This document shows positions 9,850 to 22,094 of a stretch of DNA of 64,000 nt, piece after piece. The DNA is taken from NCBI RefSeq assembly GCF_018977255.1, contig NW_024704743.1, positions 38,566,001 through 38,630,000 of the forward strand, in the 5' to 3' direction. Source of the DNA: Callorhinchus milii. Lineage: Eukaryota. Below the pieces are notes generated by a model that did not search any database, was not told the origin of the DNA, and saw nothing but the letters and a program-made list of their open reading frames with translations. The translations under genes and the position numbers were made by a program. How positions within the stretch are numbered: the stretch's first letter is position 1; each line of letters opens with the position of its first letter.

Positions 9850-12800
9850 CCTCTGCGCCCCCCCCCCCACCCAGGGCTCAGAGCCCACCATGGTCCTGTT
9901 AGGTTGGCTACCCCAGCTCCAGCCCATGGGATAATGTGTCCGTCCACCTGACCGCTCGCTCCCGGTCCCCGCGTGCGCAATATGGCTGCCGCTATGAGCC
10001 TCACCCCCTCACCCCCTCCCTCCCTCCTCCCTCCTCTCTACCCCCAAACCCTCCCCCCTCTGCATCTCTCCCGCTCTCTCCTCCTCTCTCTCCGTCCCTC
10101 TCGCCTTCTATCCCCACTTGACCCTCACACAACCTCCCTCTGCTCCAGCCTGGGAATCCTCCGCCGGGCTCACCGTGGCACTCGGCGTTGGCTGTCCAGC
10201 AGCAGCCACACCGACTGCCCCATTCCCCACCACACTCGCCAGCCACCCCGGACACAGACCCGGGGAGCCAACCTCTCCTCCCTTACCCCCATTTCCCCCA
10301 CCCCTGCCTCACAACCAGGACCCCCCTTCCTCCCCACACACCCTTCTGTCAACCGCTCCATCCACATCGGACTACAAAATGTCCGCTCCCTCTGTAACAA
10401 GGCCCTGGTCATCAACGATCTCATCCTTGATGAGAGCGTTGATATCATGGCCTTAACGGAAACCTGGCTCACCCCAGGCGACACCTTCCCCCTCACGGAG
10501 GCCACGCCACCCGGCTACACCTCCCACCACATCCCTCGCCCCAACCGCCGTGGCGGTGGTGTTGCCCTTATCTCAAGGACACCACTTGCCCTATCCCCCT
10601 ACTCCTCTGGCTCTTTCCCCTCTTTTGAGCACCTCACCCTCTCCCACCCCTCCTTCCTCTCACTTAAAATCCTCCTCCTCTACCGGCCCCCTAAAACCTC
10701 TCCCACCTTTATCTCTGATATCTCAACACTTCTCACATCTCTCTGCCTCTGCTCTGATCGCCTCATCATCCTGGGCGACTTTAACCTACACTTCACCCCC
10801 TCCTGCTCCATCTCCTCAGATTTCTCTTCCCTGCTCTCCTCGCTCAACCTCTCCCTTCACATCAACTCCCCCACTCACAGTCACGGCCACCCACTCGACT
10901 TGGTGATCACCCGGGGCCTCAGTGTCTCGGATGTCACCATCACCGATAAGGCCATCTCCGACCACCACTTCATCTCCTTCACCACCTCCACCCCCCTCCC
11001 CACCTCCACCAGACCCACCACCATCTTCTACCGCCCTTGGAAGAAGTTACCCCCTCAATCCCTAACCGCTGCCTTGGAGTCCTCTGAACTCCTCTCCCTC
11101 TGGCCTTCAACCCTCACCGACCCCTCTTCTGCTCTCACCCTCCTCCACAACACCCTCTCCTCCACACTTGACACTCTTGCCCCTATCACCTCCCGTACTG
11201 TCTCCTACTCTCGCTCCTCCCCCTGGTTCACCACCCACCTCCGCTCACTGAAGAGCCAGGTGCGGGCTGCTGAACGCACCTGGGTCAAATCTGGCCTAAC
11301 GGTCCACCGACAAATCTGGCTGGACCTCCTCAAAATCTACCGCTCCACTCTAGCCTCGGCCAAATCGTCCTTCTACTCCAGGATAATCCTGGAGGCGAAG
11401 GACAACCCCAGGCTACTGTTCTCTACCACATCCCAACTCCTCCGTCCCCCCCGCCACCCCGCGCAGGTCATCTCCTCCAACCTTCACTGCGAGGAGATGC
11501 TGGATTTCCTTGAATCCAAGATCAAGGGAATCCGCTCCGCGGTCACTTCCCCTCCAACATCCACCCACCACCCACCCCTTCCCTCCCACACTCCGACTCC
11601 TACCCATCCTCCCCTACACACCTTCGTACCCGTTTCCCCATCCTCTGTCACCAAACTCATCCTCTCCCTGAAACCTACCACCTGCTCCCTTGACCCCATC
11701 CCCACTCCACTCCTTATCTCCCAGCTCCACCTCCTTGCCCCACATATCACAGACATCGTCAACCTGTCCCTCTCCTCTGGCTCTATTCCCATTCCCTTAA
11801 AAACTGCCACCATCACTCCCACCTTAAAAAAACCCTCCCTTGATGCGTCGCAGCTATCAAGCTACCGGCCCATCTCCAACCTCCCCTTCCTATCCAAGGT
11901 CCTGGAACGAGTTGTCGCCTCCCAGCTGCGCTCTTTCCTCTCCAACCATTCACTATTCGAACCCCTTCAATCGGGTTTCCGTGCTGCCCATAGCACAGAA
12001 ACTGCCCTGGTCAAGGTCACCAATGACATCCTGACCATCTGTGACCAGGGCTCCCTCTGCCTCCTCGTCCTCCTCGACCTATCGGCAGCATTCGATACGG
12101 TCGACCACGCTATCCTCCACCGCTTGTCCTCCCACCTCAACCTTCAAGGCCCTGTCCTTGAGTGGTTTAGGTCGTACCTCTCCCACCGTCTTCACTTTGT
12201 CTCCTCAAATGGTTTTTCCTCCGGCCCCCGCACTGTCTCGTGCGGTGTCCCTCAAGGCTCTGTCCTCGGTCCCCTCCTCTTCACCCTCTATATGCTCCCC
12301 CTTGGTGACATCATCCGCAGACATGGGGTTAACTTCCACATGTATGCGGATGACACCCAACTCTACCTTTCCTCCTCTACTCTCAACTCCACGACCACCG
12401 ATGTCCTGACAGCTGCCTGTCCGACATCGAGTCCTGGACGAGAGACAACTTTCTTCAGCTCAACGTGCGCAAAACTGAGGCCCTCCTGATTGGCTCACGT
12501 CAGCGCCTCCGCACCTCAGGCGCTGACACCATCAGCATCCAAGGCTGCACTCTCCACCTCTCAAAGCCAGTCAGGAACCTCGGCGTTCTGTTCGACCCTG
12601 AGCTGTCCTTTCTCCCTCACATCCGCACCACAACTGGCACCGCCTTCCATCACCTCCGGAATGTCGCCAGACTACGGCACTACCTCACCCCTCACGCTGC
12701 TGAAACTCTGGTCCACGCCTTTATCACCTCAAGGCTGGACTATGGGAACTCTCTCCTCGCCGGCCTTCCCGGCACCTCCCTCCACAAGCTGCAGGTCATT

Positions 12801-13342
12801 CAGAACTCTGCAGCTCGTGTACTGTCCCGCACCAGGCTTCGCGACCACATCACTCCCACCCTCGCTCGCCTCCACTGGCTCCCCATCCCCCAGAGGATTG
12901 ATTTCAAGATCCTCATCCTCACCTACAAGGCCATTCACGGCCTTGCTCCCTCCTACCTCTCCAACCTACTATCCCCCTACCTACCTGCCCGTACCCTCCG
13001 TTCCTCTGGCTCCGGTCTGCTCCACATCCCCCGCCCCAACCGCCCTACCATCGGTGGCCGGGCCTTCAGCCTCTCAGCCCCTAGGCTCTGGAACTCTATC
13101 CCCCAGTGCCTTCGCCGCCTCCTCCCTTTCCTCCTTCAAGGCCGGTCTCAAGACCTTTCTCTTTGACCGAGCCTTCAGCTCCCCTCTCGACTCTCTACCC
13201 CCTCCTCGCTCCCTCCCTTCCCTCCCCTCACCCTGACCATTTCCCCCCTGCTCGGGTCCTGACCCAACTGTACAGCGCCTTGGGACGTCCTCCCAACGTG
13301 AAAGGCGCTCAATAAATGGAATCTTGTTGTTGTTGTTGTTGT
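9850..13342 (+). mobile_element. Near-complete young L2-clade LINE
   Basis: APE+RT ORF, 3' stem-loop GCGCCTT..AAGGCGC and (TTG)n tail at 13324-13342; CpGs largely retained. Confidence 0.95.
9982..13236 (+). pseudogene. L2 APE endonuclease/reverse transcriptase ORF, about 1085 aa when two frameshifts are corrected
   Basis: APE motifs QNVRSL, LTETWL, YRPP, GDFN, LDL, SDH; RT motifs [34 protein letters not shown]; -1 nt near 12413 and -2 nt near 13116 link ORFs 9973-12489, 12465-13166 and the end of 12490-13236. Confidence 0.92.
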
Positions 13343-14424
13343 ATTCCATTCTTTCCTGCATTGGCACAACTAACATTTAAGAGATTCCTAAATAAAGTAT
13401 GGTCAATAAAATAAATTAGAACAATTTTTAATAATAAAATGGATCATCTATCTTAGAAGGAAACAATACTCAGCAGAATTAGATCCATGAAGCAGTCTTG
13501 CAATCTTTTATTAAAATAAAAGACAACATTTTGGGCCCAGAATGTCCAAAAAGAGTTGAATCATTGGGGCTTTTGTTCTGACCTTTAATCTCTCCTCCTC
13601 ATCCTCGTGCACCCTTTGAGTAGTTTACATATAAATGCATTCTTTATCATATTGCAGTAGTGTTCTGAACCATAGACTGTTCCACAACATGAGGTACAAC
13701 ATGTTTTAAAAAGATATGCTAAAAGCTTATGAGAATTACTATAGCCCAGCCATTTCCCACTGTCACTGAATGTTGTCTCCTTAATGCATTTGCTACATAT
13801 GACATACTACTGTAATATGCACAGAGAATGGTGAGGTATGTCACTGAAGAACCACAAACATGATTCCACCCTCTTTTATACATAGCAGAGTCTATATTAT
13901 TCATAGTCCCTGAAGTACAAACAGAAACTTTCAAAACTTGAAAAATGAGTTGATCTGACCCATGAAGCATAACACAAATGGAAAATGTGCTGACGTAAGG
14001 TTTCACACAACACTGAACCAACCATCACGTTTCGGAGGTGATGATGTTCCAGTGATTTTATTGCTTGAGTTCCAAATATTTTGTATTCATGTTAAAAATC
14101 ATATATTGATGGCATCCAGATTGATTAGTATAAAGAGCAGTAAACAGCTACTGCTGAAGCTTCACAGTTCCAACTGGTAGGTCCAGGGACTCATTGGAGT
14201 TGAACTGGCTCCAGATTGACATGCTAATTCTTGTCTTCTTTTCCAATACTGTACTGGCTGATATTGCAGGGATTACTCTATCCTGTGATTACTTTATGGC
14301 ATGAATAACAATAATCCGGGTGGGAAATAATGCTTAAAATGCTTGGTTGCCAAACTAGTTTGTCTTTCTAACCTAGTGAGACAGAATGGTGCTGCTCAGT
14401 GCTGTGTTACAGATTCTTAATAAT

Positions 14425-14837
14425 AATCATGATAATAATAAAATAATAATACTTACATTTTGTAATGGCGCTTTATAACATTGTCGACACATCTCAAAAC
14501 CCTACACAGGATAAAGTGATGTGACTGTGTGTATTTTAGGGGAAAACTCAGCAGGCATTTTGCACATAGCAATGTCCCATAAACAGCCATGGAGTGAATG
14601 ACCAATTTTAACTGGGGGATTGTTGTCCAAGGCACAGGGAGAAATTCCCTTTTCTTTTTGAACAGGCAGGACCTCGGTTTAATATTTCACCCAAACGACA
14701 GCACCTCCGACAATGCTGCACACACCCTGATGCTGTGGAGTGTCAGCATAGAGTATATGAGTTCGAAGTCCTGATGTTTGGCTTGAACCCACAACCTTCT
14801 GACTCAGAGGCGAGAGTGCTACCAACTCAACCAGGCT
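14425..14837 (-). mobile_element. Deu-type SINE, full length
   Basis: Reverse: AGCCTGGTTGAGTTGGTAGCACTCTCGCCTCTGAGTCAGAAGGTTGTGGGTTCAAGCC head through to the (ATT)n tail. Confidence 0.9.
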
Positions 14838-15139
14838 CCAGATGGATTTCTTTGCAGCATAGCAGTTTATAGTTCACCATGTTTGGTGGAATGTTGTGCT
14901 TGGTGAGTTTCTAGGCATGAAAAATATTGGCCAGGTTTGTGAAGGAACATTACCAACTTGATACTCTCCCAGGGAAATGGAATAAGCAAAACTCTTGGCT
15001 ACATCACAGCATTATTCCAGATTGAATAAAAAAACATTTTTCTGTTGGAATTTTTCAGAATTTCATTCGATAATTATCAATTAGTTTCAGGTCTGAACAC
15101 CCCCACTCTGATGGCACTTTGGTGAAGAAAATTGGATTT

Positions 15140-15742
15140 TCTTTTGATCAGACAGGTGTCAGACACATGCAGAAATCCATCACTTAAGATTACCCAAATT
15201 GGGCTGAGAGTTTCACATATGTATGCTGCCTACATGTGAAAAATTCCCTGTGTGTGGAATGAAATGCCAGAGAGTATTAGGGTAATTCTGAAGAGTATTT
15301 GGTTTAGGTTGGAAAAAGGCTAAGTTGGCGAGAGCCATGACCAGGGGACCCCTGAGTTAGTACTAGAGAACTGCTGGTGTCTAACCAACTAAACCTTAAA
15401 GTTTACTATTGAAAGCAGTGTCTGGCAAGCTTCCTCTGGTTGTCCAGCTAGGAGCACTAACCAGTAGGGTGTGGGCTTGCAGGGTTAACAGTAGCTGAAT
15501 GGGAAGAATCCCTGTTTCCAGTGCTTGATGTCCCTCTCCAAGTCCTATCGATGATTTAGGCTGGCTCGGCTGTCATCCTTGAACTATTGTGGATCTACGT
15601 GGCTCAGAATCTGGTCTACCGAGACTACCACAGAGGAGTGACTTAATTCCAAAATCCAGCTGCCCAAGCATGTTCCCTTGGAGCCAGTTCAGCTCCTAGA
15701 AGACCCAGCTTAGCTCAGTACCAGGGAGGATAGTCAATTTGT
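15140..15742 (-). mobile_element. 3' end and UTR of an RTE-X-like LINE family
   Basis: Homologous to 35810-36010, 28985-29305, 19010-19310 and 50330-50955; ends in GTGTCTGACAC plus an A-rich tail. Confidence 0.65.
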
Positions 15743-15984
15743 ATTAGCTCAGAGAAGACAGCATCTGAATGCTGCTTTATAGGATAGGGGTTGAGTTAAT
15801 CTGATATCCTATTTTCAGATCATCACATCTGCAGTTCTCCACGATTAGGAGCACATCAATCTTTACGCTAGTAGCTTTGGGATGAGTTTTATCCTGTCAT
15901 TGTGGCATTGCCCTGTCAGCTTTATCAAGAGACTTTATTTTTGGTGGCATGCTGATACTACTGTATATCCTCAACTTCTCTGCT

Positions 15985-16150
15985 TCATCTTCGTTGGCCG
16001 TGGTTTCAGCCACGATGCCCTGAACCTCTGGAACTGCATCACTCTTTGCCCACTTTCAGATCGCAGCTTTCTCCCCATCTCAGGATCATTGTTAAGCACT
16101 CCGAGACGCTACCCCATTTGAAGGGAGCTATATAATTGAAAGTTGTTGTT
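15985..16150 (+). mobile_element. L2 3' end
   Basis: GGCCGTGGTTTCAGC..CTCTGGAAC, then tail GAAGGGAGCTATATAATTGAAAGTTGTTGTT. Confidence 0.65.
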
Positions 16151-16184
16151 CTAATTAATTGGCAATGCTTTCCTTATTTTTTTT

Positions 16185-16500
16185 GCCCACAAAATATACA
16201 GTCCTATTCACTTTACAGGATATTCTGTGAAGCACGTTGAGATGTCTCGAAGACGCGATAAGGCACTGTATCAAATGCAAGGATTATTATTATTTAAATT
16301 GCCCATCTCTTCAGCATTTCGGTTCAATGTGGCTGCTGGTCACTGCTGGTGCATACGGTTTGGACAAGTGAAAATTAAGAGTTTGGCGCAATAATATTCC
16401 TTGCATTTGATATATAGCGCCTTGTCACATCTTCAAGACTTCTCAAAACGCTTCATAGAATATAGTGTAAAGTGAATTGACTATATATTTTGTGGGTGAG
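16185..16500. mobile_element. Two SINE 3' tails in opposite orientation (16185-16295 +, 16390-16500 -)
   Basis: CCCACAAAATATACAGTC..TTCACTTTACA..ATCAAATGCAAGGATTATT and its reverse complement. Confidence 0.8.
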
Positions 16501-17074
16501 TAAGTCTGAACTCTTTACACATTCAAGAATAATTCCTGATTCAGCAGAAACATTAAAGGATATGGGTTCAGAATAAGAAACGGGTAAGATCAGTCTACAC
16601 GGAGGAAACTTTAGGTGAGAGAGATAGATTTCTAAATTGAATTTAAACACTTCTGGTAGATTTGAAATTCCGGTGAAAACACATTTTAGGAACTACAAAT
16701 AACAAAGCACAAAAACTACCTATAAAAATGCTTCTAGTGGTAATAAGTCTGACCTCTGACTGAACCGACTCTGGGCAAAGTGCAACTGCTATACTTCATG
16801 GCCTGAAATGATTGTACGCTCATTACATCATCATTTATGTATAAAGTTGCTCAGTGCAGTATCAAGTTACTATTTTCTGAGTTACTGCATTCAGACTGTA
16901 GATGAAATGTAGCCATTAAAGCTTCCTGCTTGCTGCAACAGTGAATTAGTTGTTTAAAGATCACCTTAAGATTTACTACATATTGGACAATAAGTCTGAC
17001 TTGGCCAGTACCTGCAATGTACTCATTTACAATGATGAACTTATCATTTTGGGGCTACGTCTGTCAATGGTTTA

Positions 17075-17215
17075 TAGGAGAGAGGGCATCAATTTAAGAT
17101 AGTTAGAAAATGAGCACATCGGGAGGGTAAGAGAATTACTTCCATGTACAGAATAGTTAAGGTATGGGAGTAGTGATTGCGGCAGAATCCATATGAGCTT
17201 TCAAAAAGGAACTAC
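17075..17215 (+). mobile_element. Degenerate CR1 fragment
   Basis: RGHQFKI..RIVKVW..VIAAES..FKKEL remnants. Confidence 0.55.
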
Positions 17216-17664
17216 AGTAAACTTCTGATAAATCATCACTCCTCGGGTAAAGGACTCAGCGACGAGTTATCCGAGTGGCAAGTTAAGCATATGGATAAAT
17301 ACATAAATAAGTGTGAAAGCGATATTGACAGAATGATGACTTAAGTGTTTGTGACAAGTTAAGCCAGATTTGAGTTATCAGGAGGTTTCAACTAATCAGT
17401 TTGCAAACACTGTATTGCCTCTTAGCCCCCTTGTACCACTTTTAATCACCTTGTACCCTTTAGGTTTGTGCCATTTTTTCCTTTGATATAGGAGCTATCG
17501 TGGTTTGGTTCATGCAAAATGTTTGCTGCGTTTTTACACTCTAGCTCATGGCATGTTCACTATTAATTACAGGGCCCTTTTATTTAACATTATTAGCTTT
17601 TGGCATTATTGTCAACAATTCTCATTCAGTACCACATTTTAGAATAAATCATTTACAAATTCAC

Positions 17665-17875
17665 TTTTCCCCTCACGTAGGACAGCAACCAGAGCGCTTC
17701 ATAGTGACAGAGCGCAAAGCTGAGCCAGGGGAGGGGAGGTGACCTTAGGCACGGTTGAACAGTAAGATCTTCAGGCGCGATCTGAAAATGGGGAAGGAAG
17801 GGACGAGGCGGAAGAATAGAGGAAGAATGTTCCAGAATTTTACAGTGCCTGAAAGCATGGCTACGAATGGTAGAA
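17665..17875 (-). mobile_element. L2 3' end
   Basis: Reverse ORF ..FWNILP..FRSRLKILLFNRA. Confidence 0.75.
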
Positions 17876-19009
17876 CAAAGGTTCCCAAAAGAACCTCAAA
17901 CCATATCCCCCATGTGTTGCACGTCACTGTTTGTCATGTTTAGCATCTCCTTTGCATATTCGATGGGTGGGGGTGGATGGAGGTGGAAGTATTCAAACTC
18001 TTCCTGCACGGAGACAAATGTTATTCCTGTTTTCACTTGGACTTGCAGGGCCTCGCCCAAATATAAACTTTTCGAACCTTGCCATTTCACCTCCACCTCT
18101 GATCGTCGCCTCTGTTTTTGGAGGCTTATGCAATTTTATACAACTCAAGTGATTCGCTGACTGCTTCACAAGAATGGAATACTCATTTTTATAGGAGCCT
18201 CATCATTGACTGATACTTTTTTCCTGAACACTGATTACATCCCACTTCTTACAAATTGCTTTTAGGAACTCCGGGGATTAATAAAATATAATTTGCATTT
18301 TGTTAATAAATTTGTTTTACAGTTTTTTCTCACTTTTTTTAAACAAAACAAAAGTAGACCAAGGTATCTCAAGAGTAAAAACACTGAAAGCTCTGTTACT
18401 GGCAGATATCCCACTGTTATGTAGTCATGTTCATTGCAATTCAGTGACCTAAATAACAGCAGGAGTATGTGGCAGCAACAGAAAGTGTTCAGTATGATGA
18501 AACTTTGATGTAGTTCTGCCTAAATATGCAATTAATGTATGCTTTATCTACAAATAATACAATTACAGCTTTTTTAAACAATATTTTGTAGGTTGCTTTG
18601 ATATAGGATTTTCAGTTAAGATTCCTTTATTGGAAATTGTAATACCATCATGTTCTTACACTAAACTCTGCAGACTGGATTTATAGCATTTTTGACCACT
18701 ATGAGCACAAGCCCAGAACACATATTTTGTTACATTTCATTTGTTTGTTGCATTTGCACGAAGTAGATTATGCTTTTTTAAATTTAATGGGCCTAAGAGG
18801 CGGCTGTGACTTCTGAATTAATATTTATGACAACATTTAAATTAATTCCTTACCTGTGATTACCACAATATGCCTTGAAGGAAATTCTCTCCTGGATTGC
18901 AGGAAATTAGGAATCCCTCAGACATGAGAGAGGTAATAGAAATACACACACACACACACCCACATACACACACACATAAATACACACACACAAAATACAC
19001 ACACACAAA

Positions 19010-19310
19010 CTTTTATTTTGTTCCGATGAGTGTCTGACACTTGCAGAATCTCAGCACCATGCTTAAGATTATCCAAACCAGACAGTGTTTCACATATGTA
19101 CCTCACCTGCACTTGGAAATTCCCATGTATGGAATGGAATCCATATTCTTGCCCTGGAAGGATGTACAGTGCATAACTAATTCTGGAGACAATTAGGCAT
19201 AAGTTTGCAAGAGCAAAGGCCTGGGGACCCCAGAGTGTGTATTGGGCTACTGCTGGAGTCTAACCAACTAAAACCACATAGTTTGCTATTGAGAACACTG
19301 TCTGTTTCAA
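19010..19310 (-). mobile_element. RTE-X-like family 3' UTR copy
   Basis: GAGTGTCTGACACTTGCAGAA..CTTAAGATTATCCAAAC..GGAAATTCCC..CTAACCAACTAAA shared with the 15140 copy. Confidence 0.65.
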
Positions 19311-19321
19311 TACATACACAA

Positions 19322-19626
19322 ATAATAATAATATAATAATAATCCTTGCATTTGATATTGCGCTTTTCACGTTGGGAGGACGTCCCAAAGCGCTTCACAG
19401 AACACACTAAAGTGATTTGACTGTATATTTGTGGGCAAGCGGGGCAGCCAATTGCGCACAGCAATGTCCCACAAACAGTCGTAGATTGAAAATGTTTTTG
19501 GTTTTGGAGGGATTATTATCAGGCGTGTGGAGTAAGGAAACTTGCCCAAGGTTTCGCTCTGCCTGGAATTGAACTCAGGTCTCTCACTTGCAAAGCGAGT
19601 GCTCTAACCACTGAGCTACAGGACTA
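19322..19626 (-). mobile_element. tRNA(Ala-like)-headed SINE with CORE-like centre and L2-type tail
   Basis: Reverse: GTAGCTCAGTGGTTAGAGCACTCGCTTTGCAAG..GAGTTCAATTCC, CCTTGGGCAAGTTTCCTTAC (resembles the MIR CORE), tail GCGCTTTGGGACGTCCTCCCAACGTGAAAAGCGC. Confidence 0.85.
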
Positions 19627-21649
19627 TACATATACACAAATACACATACACAAATACACATATACACAAACACAAATATACACACACAGAAATACATACA
19701 CAAACATACACAACATTAAAAAAAGTCCTTGCATTTGATGTGCTATTTCAAAACATCTCAGAGTGTTTTGCAGAGTTTTCTATTAAAAGCAGCAACTGTA
19801 TTCGTAGGTCAATAGAGCAGTCAATTTGAATAGGCATCACCATTAAGAGTAGCGATGTCCTCTTAGCAGCACATCCACATGTACTTGATGTGATAAGTAT
19901 TGAAAATATCAAAAATCCCTCCAACATTGTTTTACCCTCTCACAAAGGGAATGCACTTTTTGTCATGGCCAAATCTCCGAAAGCTGAGCAGACAGAATGG
20001 GTACTTAATGTATGTAACTAGATGCTCTACAAGTGGAGCTATTTTGGATTGAATCCAACAAAGTACTCATGATGATACCAGGCCCTTTATGTTTTATTGT
20101 TCTAAGCCTCATCTCTAAATTTACGTTTAGCTATGAGAAACATAAACCTATATGATAGACCTCAAGATTTCAAAGAACTCATATTGAGATGTTGAATGGC
20201 TCAACAGACTGAATGGCTCCTTGTCCCTCTTCGGTAATTACTCTTTATTACTGCTCAGAAAACATATTAAATGTTAACATTCATTGTTTGAGAATGCTTT
20301 TTTAAAAGTTAGGAGTTTTCCCACAAGTCATGGCATGTGGATTTACATAAAGGCAGGTTATAAGGTCCCTTCTTAACCACAATTTCTGTACCATTCCATA
20401 ATTATCAGCAGCATTATCTAAGGAAATGAATGTATTTAGGAATACTGCAATTTCACTCCATTGGCAGAGTTTCTCCCATTTAACATCAAACAAATTTAGC
20501 TGTACATTGCCAGGAAGAGAGTTTTGTTTTTACTTGGTTTTAATAGAAGATCCTAGCTGAAACAAGTACAATGATAAAGCCGGGTTATAATTCTTGTGGA
20601 TAATAATAACATTATCATCACTGTATCTCTTGGTTTGATATATTTTTAAATATTTCTTTAAAGGAAATATTTAATTCAGGTAAATATATAAATATTTTTG
20701 TTAAGATGAGACATCTTGGAGTGCTCACTGGAAATATTTACATTTGTTTCAATATATTGAAAAGAAACACATTGAGGTGAAAATCCAGAAGCGTTCTAAT
20801 GTTGTTTTTGTTACGGATGGTTATACCACTTGTTAATTCCTTGAACATGTTCCCACTTTGTGTCAGTTAGGCAAGCATTACTTTATTGAGACCTGCTGTT
20901 ATCAAGTCATATTTGGAGCAATCTATTACTTGTTAGCTCATACCATGCATCTTCATTTCCTATTTCTCAGTCTTTCTCTATGAAATCTAAATCAGGTGCT
21001 CAGTGTTATGAAGTTGAAGGCTCAGGTCACAGAAAGTTCCTTCAGAAAGTAATAACGTATTTAAGTCATCCCATTGATATTCTCACAAACACAAAGAGCC
21101 ACAATAAGCTGCAGGAAATGAGAACTCAATTGATTGCCATTCTCGGACATGGTTGCCATTTCTATGGTCTAATATTACTGCTTTGCAGCCGAGGGCAGTG
21201 ACATTTCTTATTAAATTTTATAAAATAACACGAAGTAAAGCTCCGTGGCTAACAAAGTGAATGAGACGAGCCATATTCAGGCTTACTTTTTGTAGTGCTT
21301 CAGGTTTGTCTTGATCTGCCCGTTTGTAATAGATCTTTATTAACTGTAAAGTGCTTTCAATTAAATTAGGAGTTTAAAAATTTACATTTCAGGTATTGTT
21401 GCTTTTTTAAAAAAATCATTTGCTACATTTCAAAACTAATTTTCCATAATTCTGGAAACATATGTCCAGGTTTGGAAATAACGAAAACAGAGACTATTTG
21501 GTGGAATAATGTAATTACAATTGAATATTAATAATCAAATCAATAGCATGAATCAACCTGCTGGTGCTAATTCAAAGAAACATGAAATCTTTCTCCCGGT
21601 TATCCTATTTATTAAAATTTCCCTCCTAATCCAAATTCAACTTTGAATT

Positions 21650-21830
21650 CAAATTAATTTGCTGCTCATCTCTTTGCAGTTTATGGGACATTGTTAAGTA
21701 ACAAATTAGCTGTGGCTTTTGTCCATGTAATAATATTCAGTTCATTTCTAATCAATTAGATTATGTAAACACTTTGAGATGTTTATTTTTACATGAAAGG
21801 CGCTATATAACTGTGAGTTATTATTATAAG
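21650..21830 (+). mobile_element. Deu-type SINE 3' part
   Basis: GTTTATGGGACATTG..GAAAGGCGCTATATAA. Confidence 0.6.
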
Positions 21831-22094
21831 TCAGCAACTCTTCATTCGTTTCCATTGCTATGTATACATTCCAATCAGGGAATCACTTGAGATGTTAACT
21901 TTTGGATTTCCTGAGAAACCCAATGCCTGTGAATTGATATGATAAAATATCTTCTTGTTATCACAAGTGTCAATAAACTTGGTGCCAAGTGGCATTTTAG
22001 CAGTTAGTAATTTCGGGGCAACTTGTGATTGGAAAAGGCTGACACTCAAACATTTACCCTAGTCTGTTTTACACAAAGTGAACCAAAACAATGT

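Noticed and set aside
9840..13360. Target-site duplication of the full L2
   Set aside because: The immediate flanks (TAAAAAAAT / ATTCCATTC) share no clear duplicate
16501..17000. TAAGTCTGA recurring at ~245-bp spacing (16501, 16744, 16991)
   Set aside because: Intervening sequences show no similarity; three short matches are compatible with chance
19050..19062. REST/NRSE site (TCAGCACCATG)
   Set aside because: Half-site only, inside a repeat
19555..19626. tRNA-Ala(TGC) gene (also tRNA-like at 31695 and 14770-14837)
   Set aside because: No proper acceptor stem or terminator; runs directly into SINE body and tail
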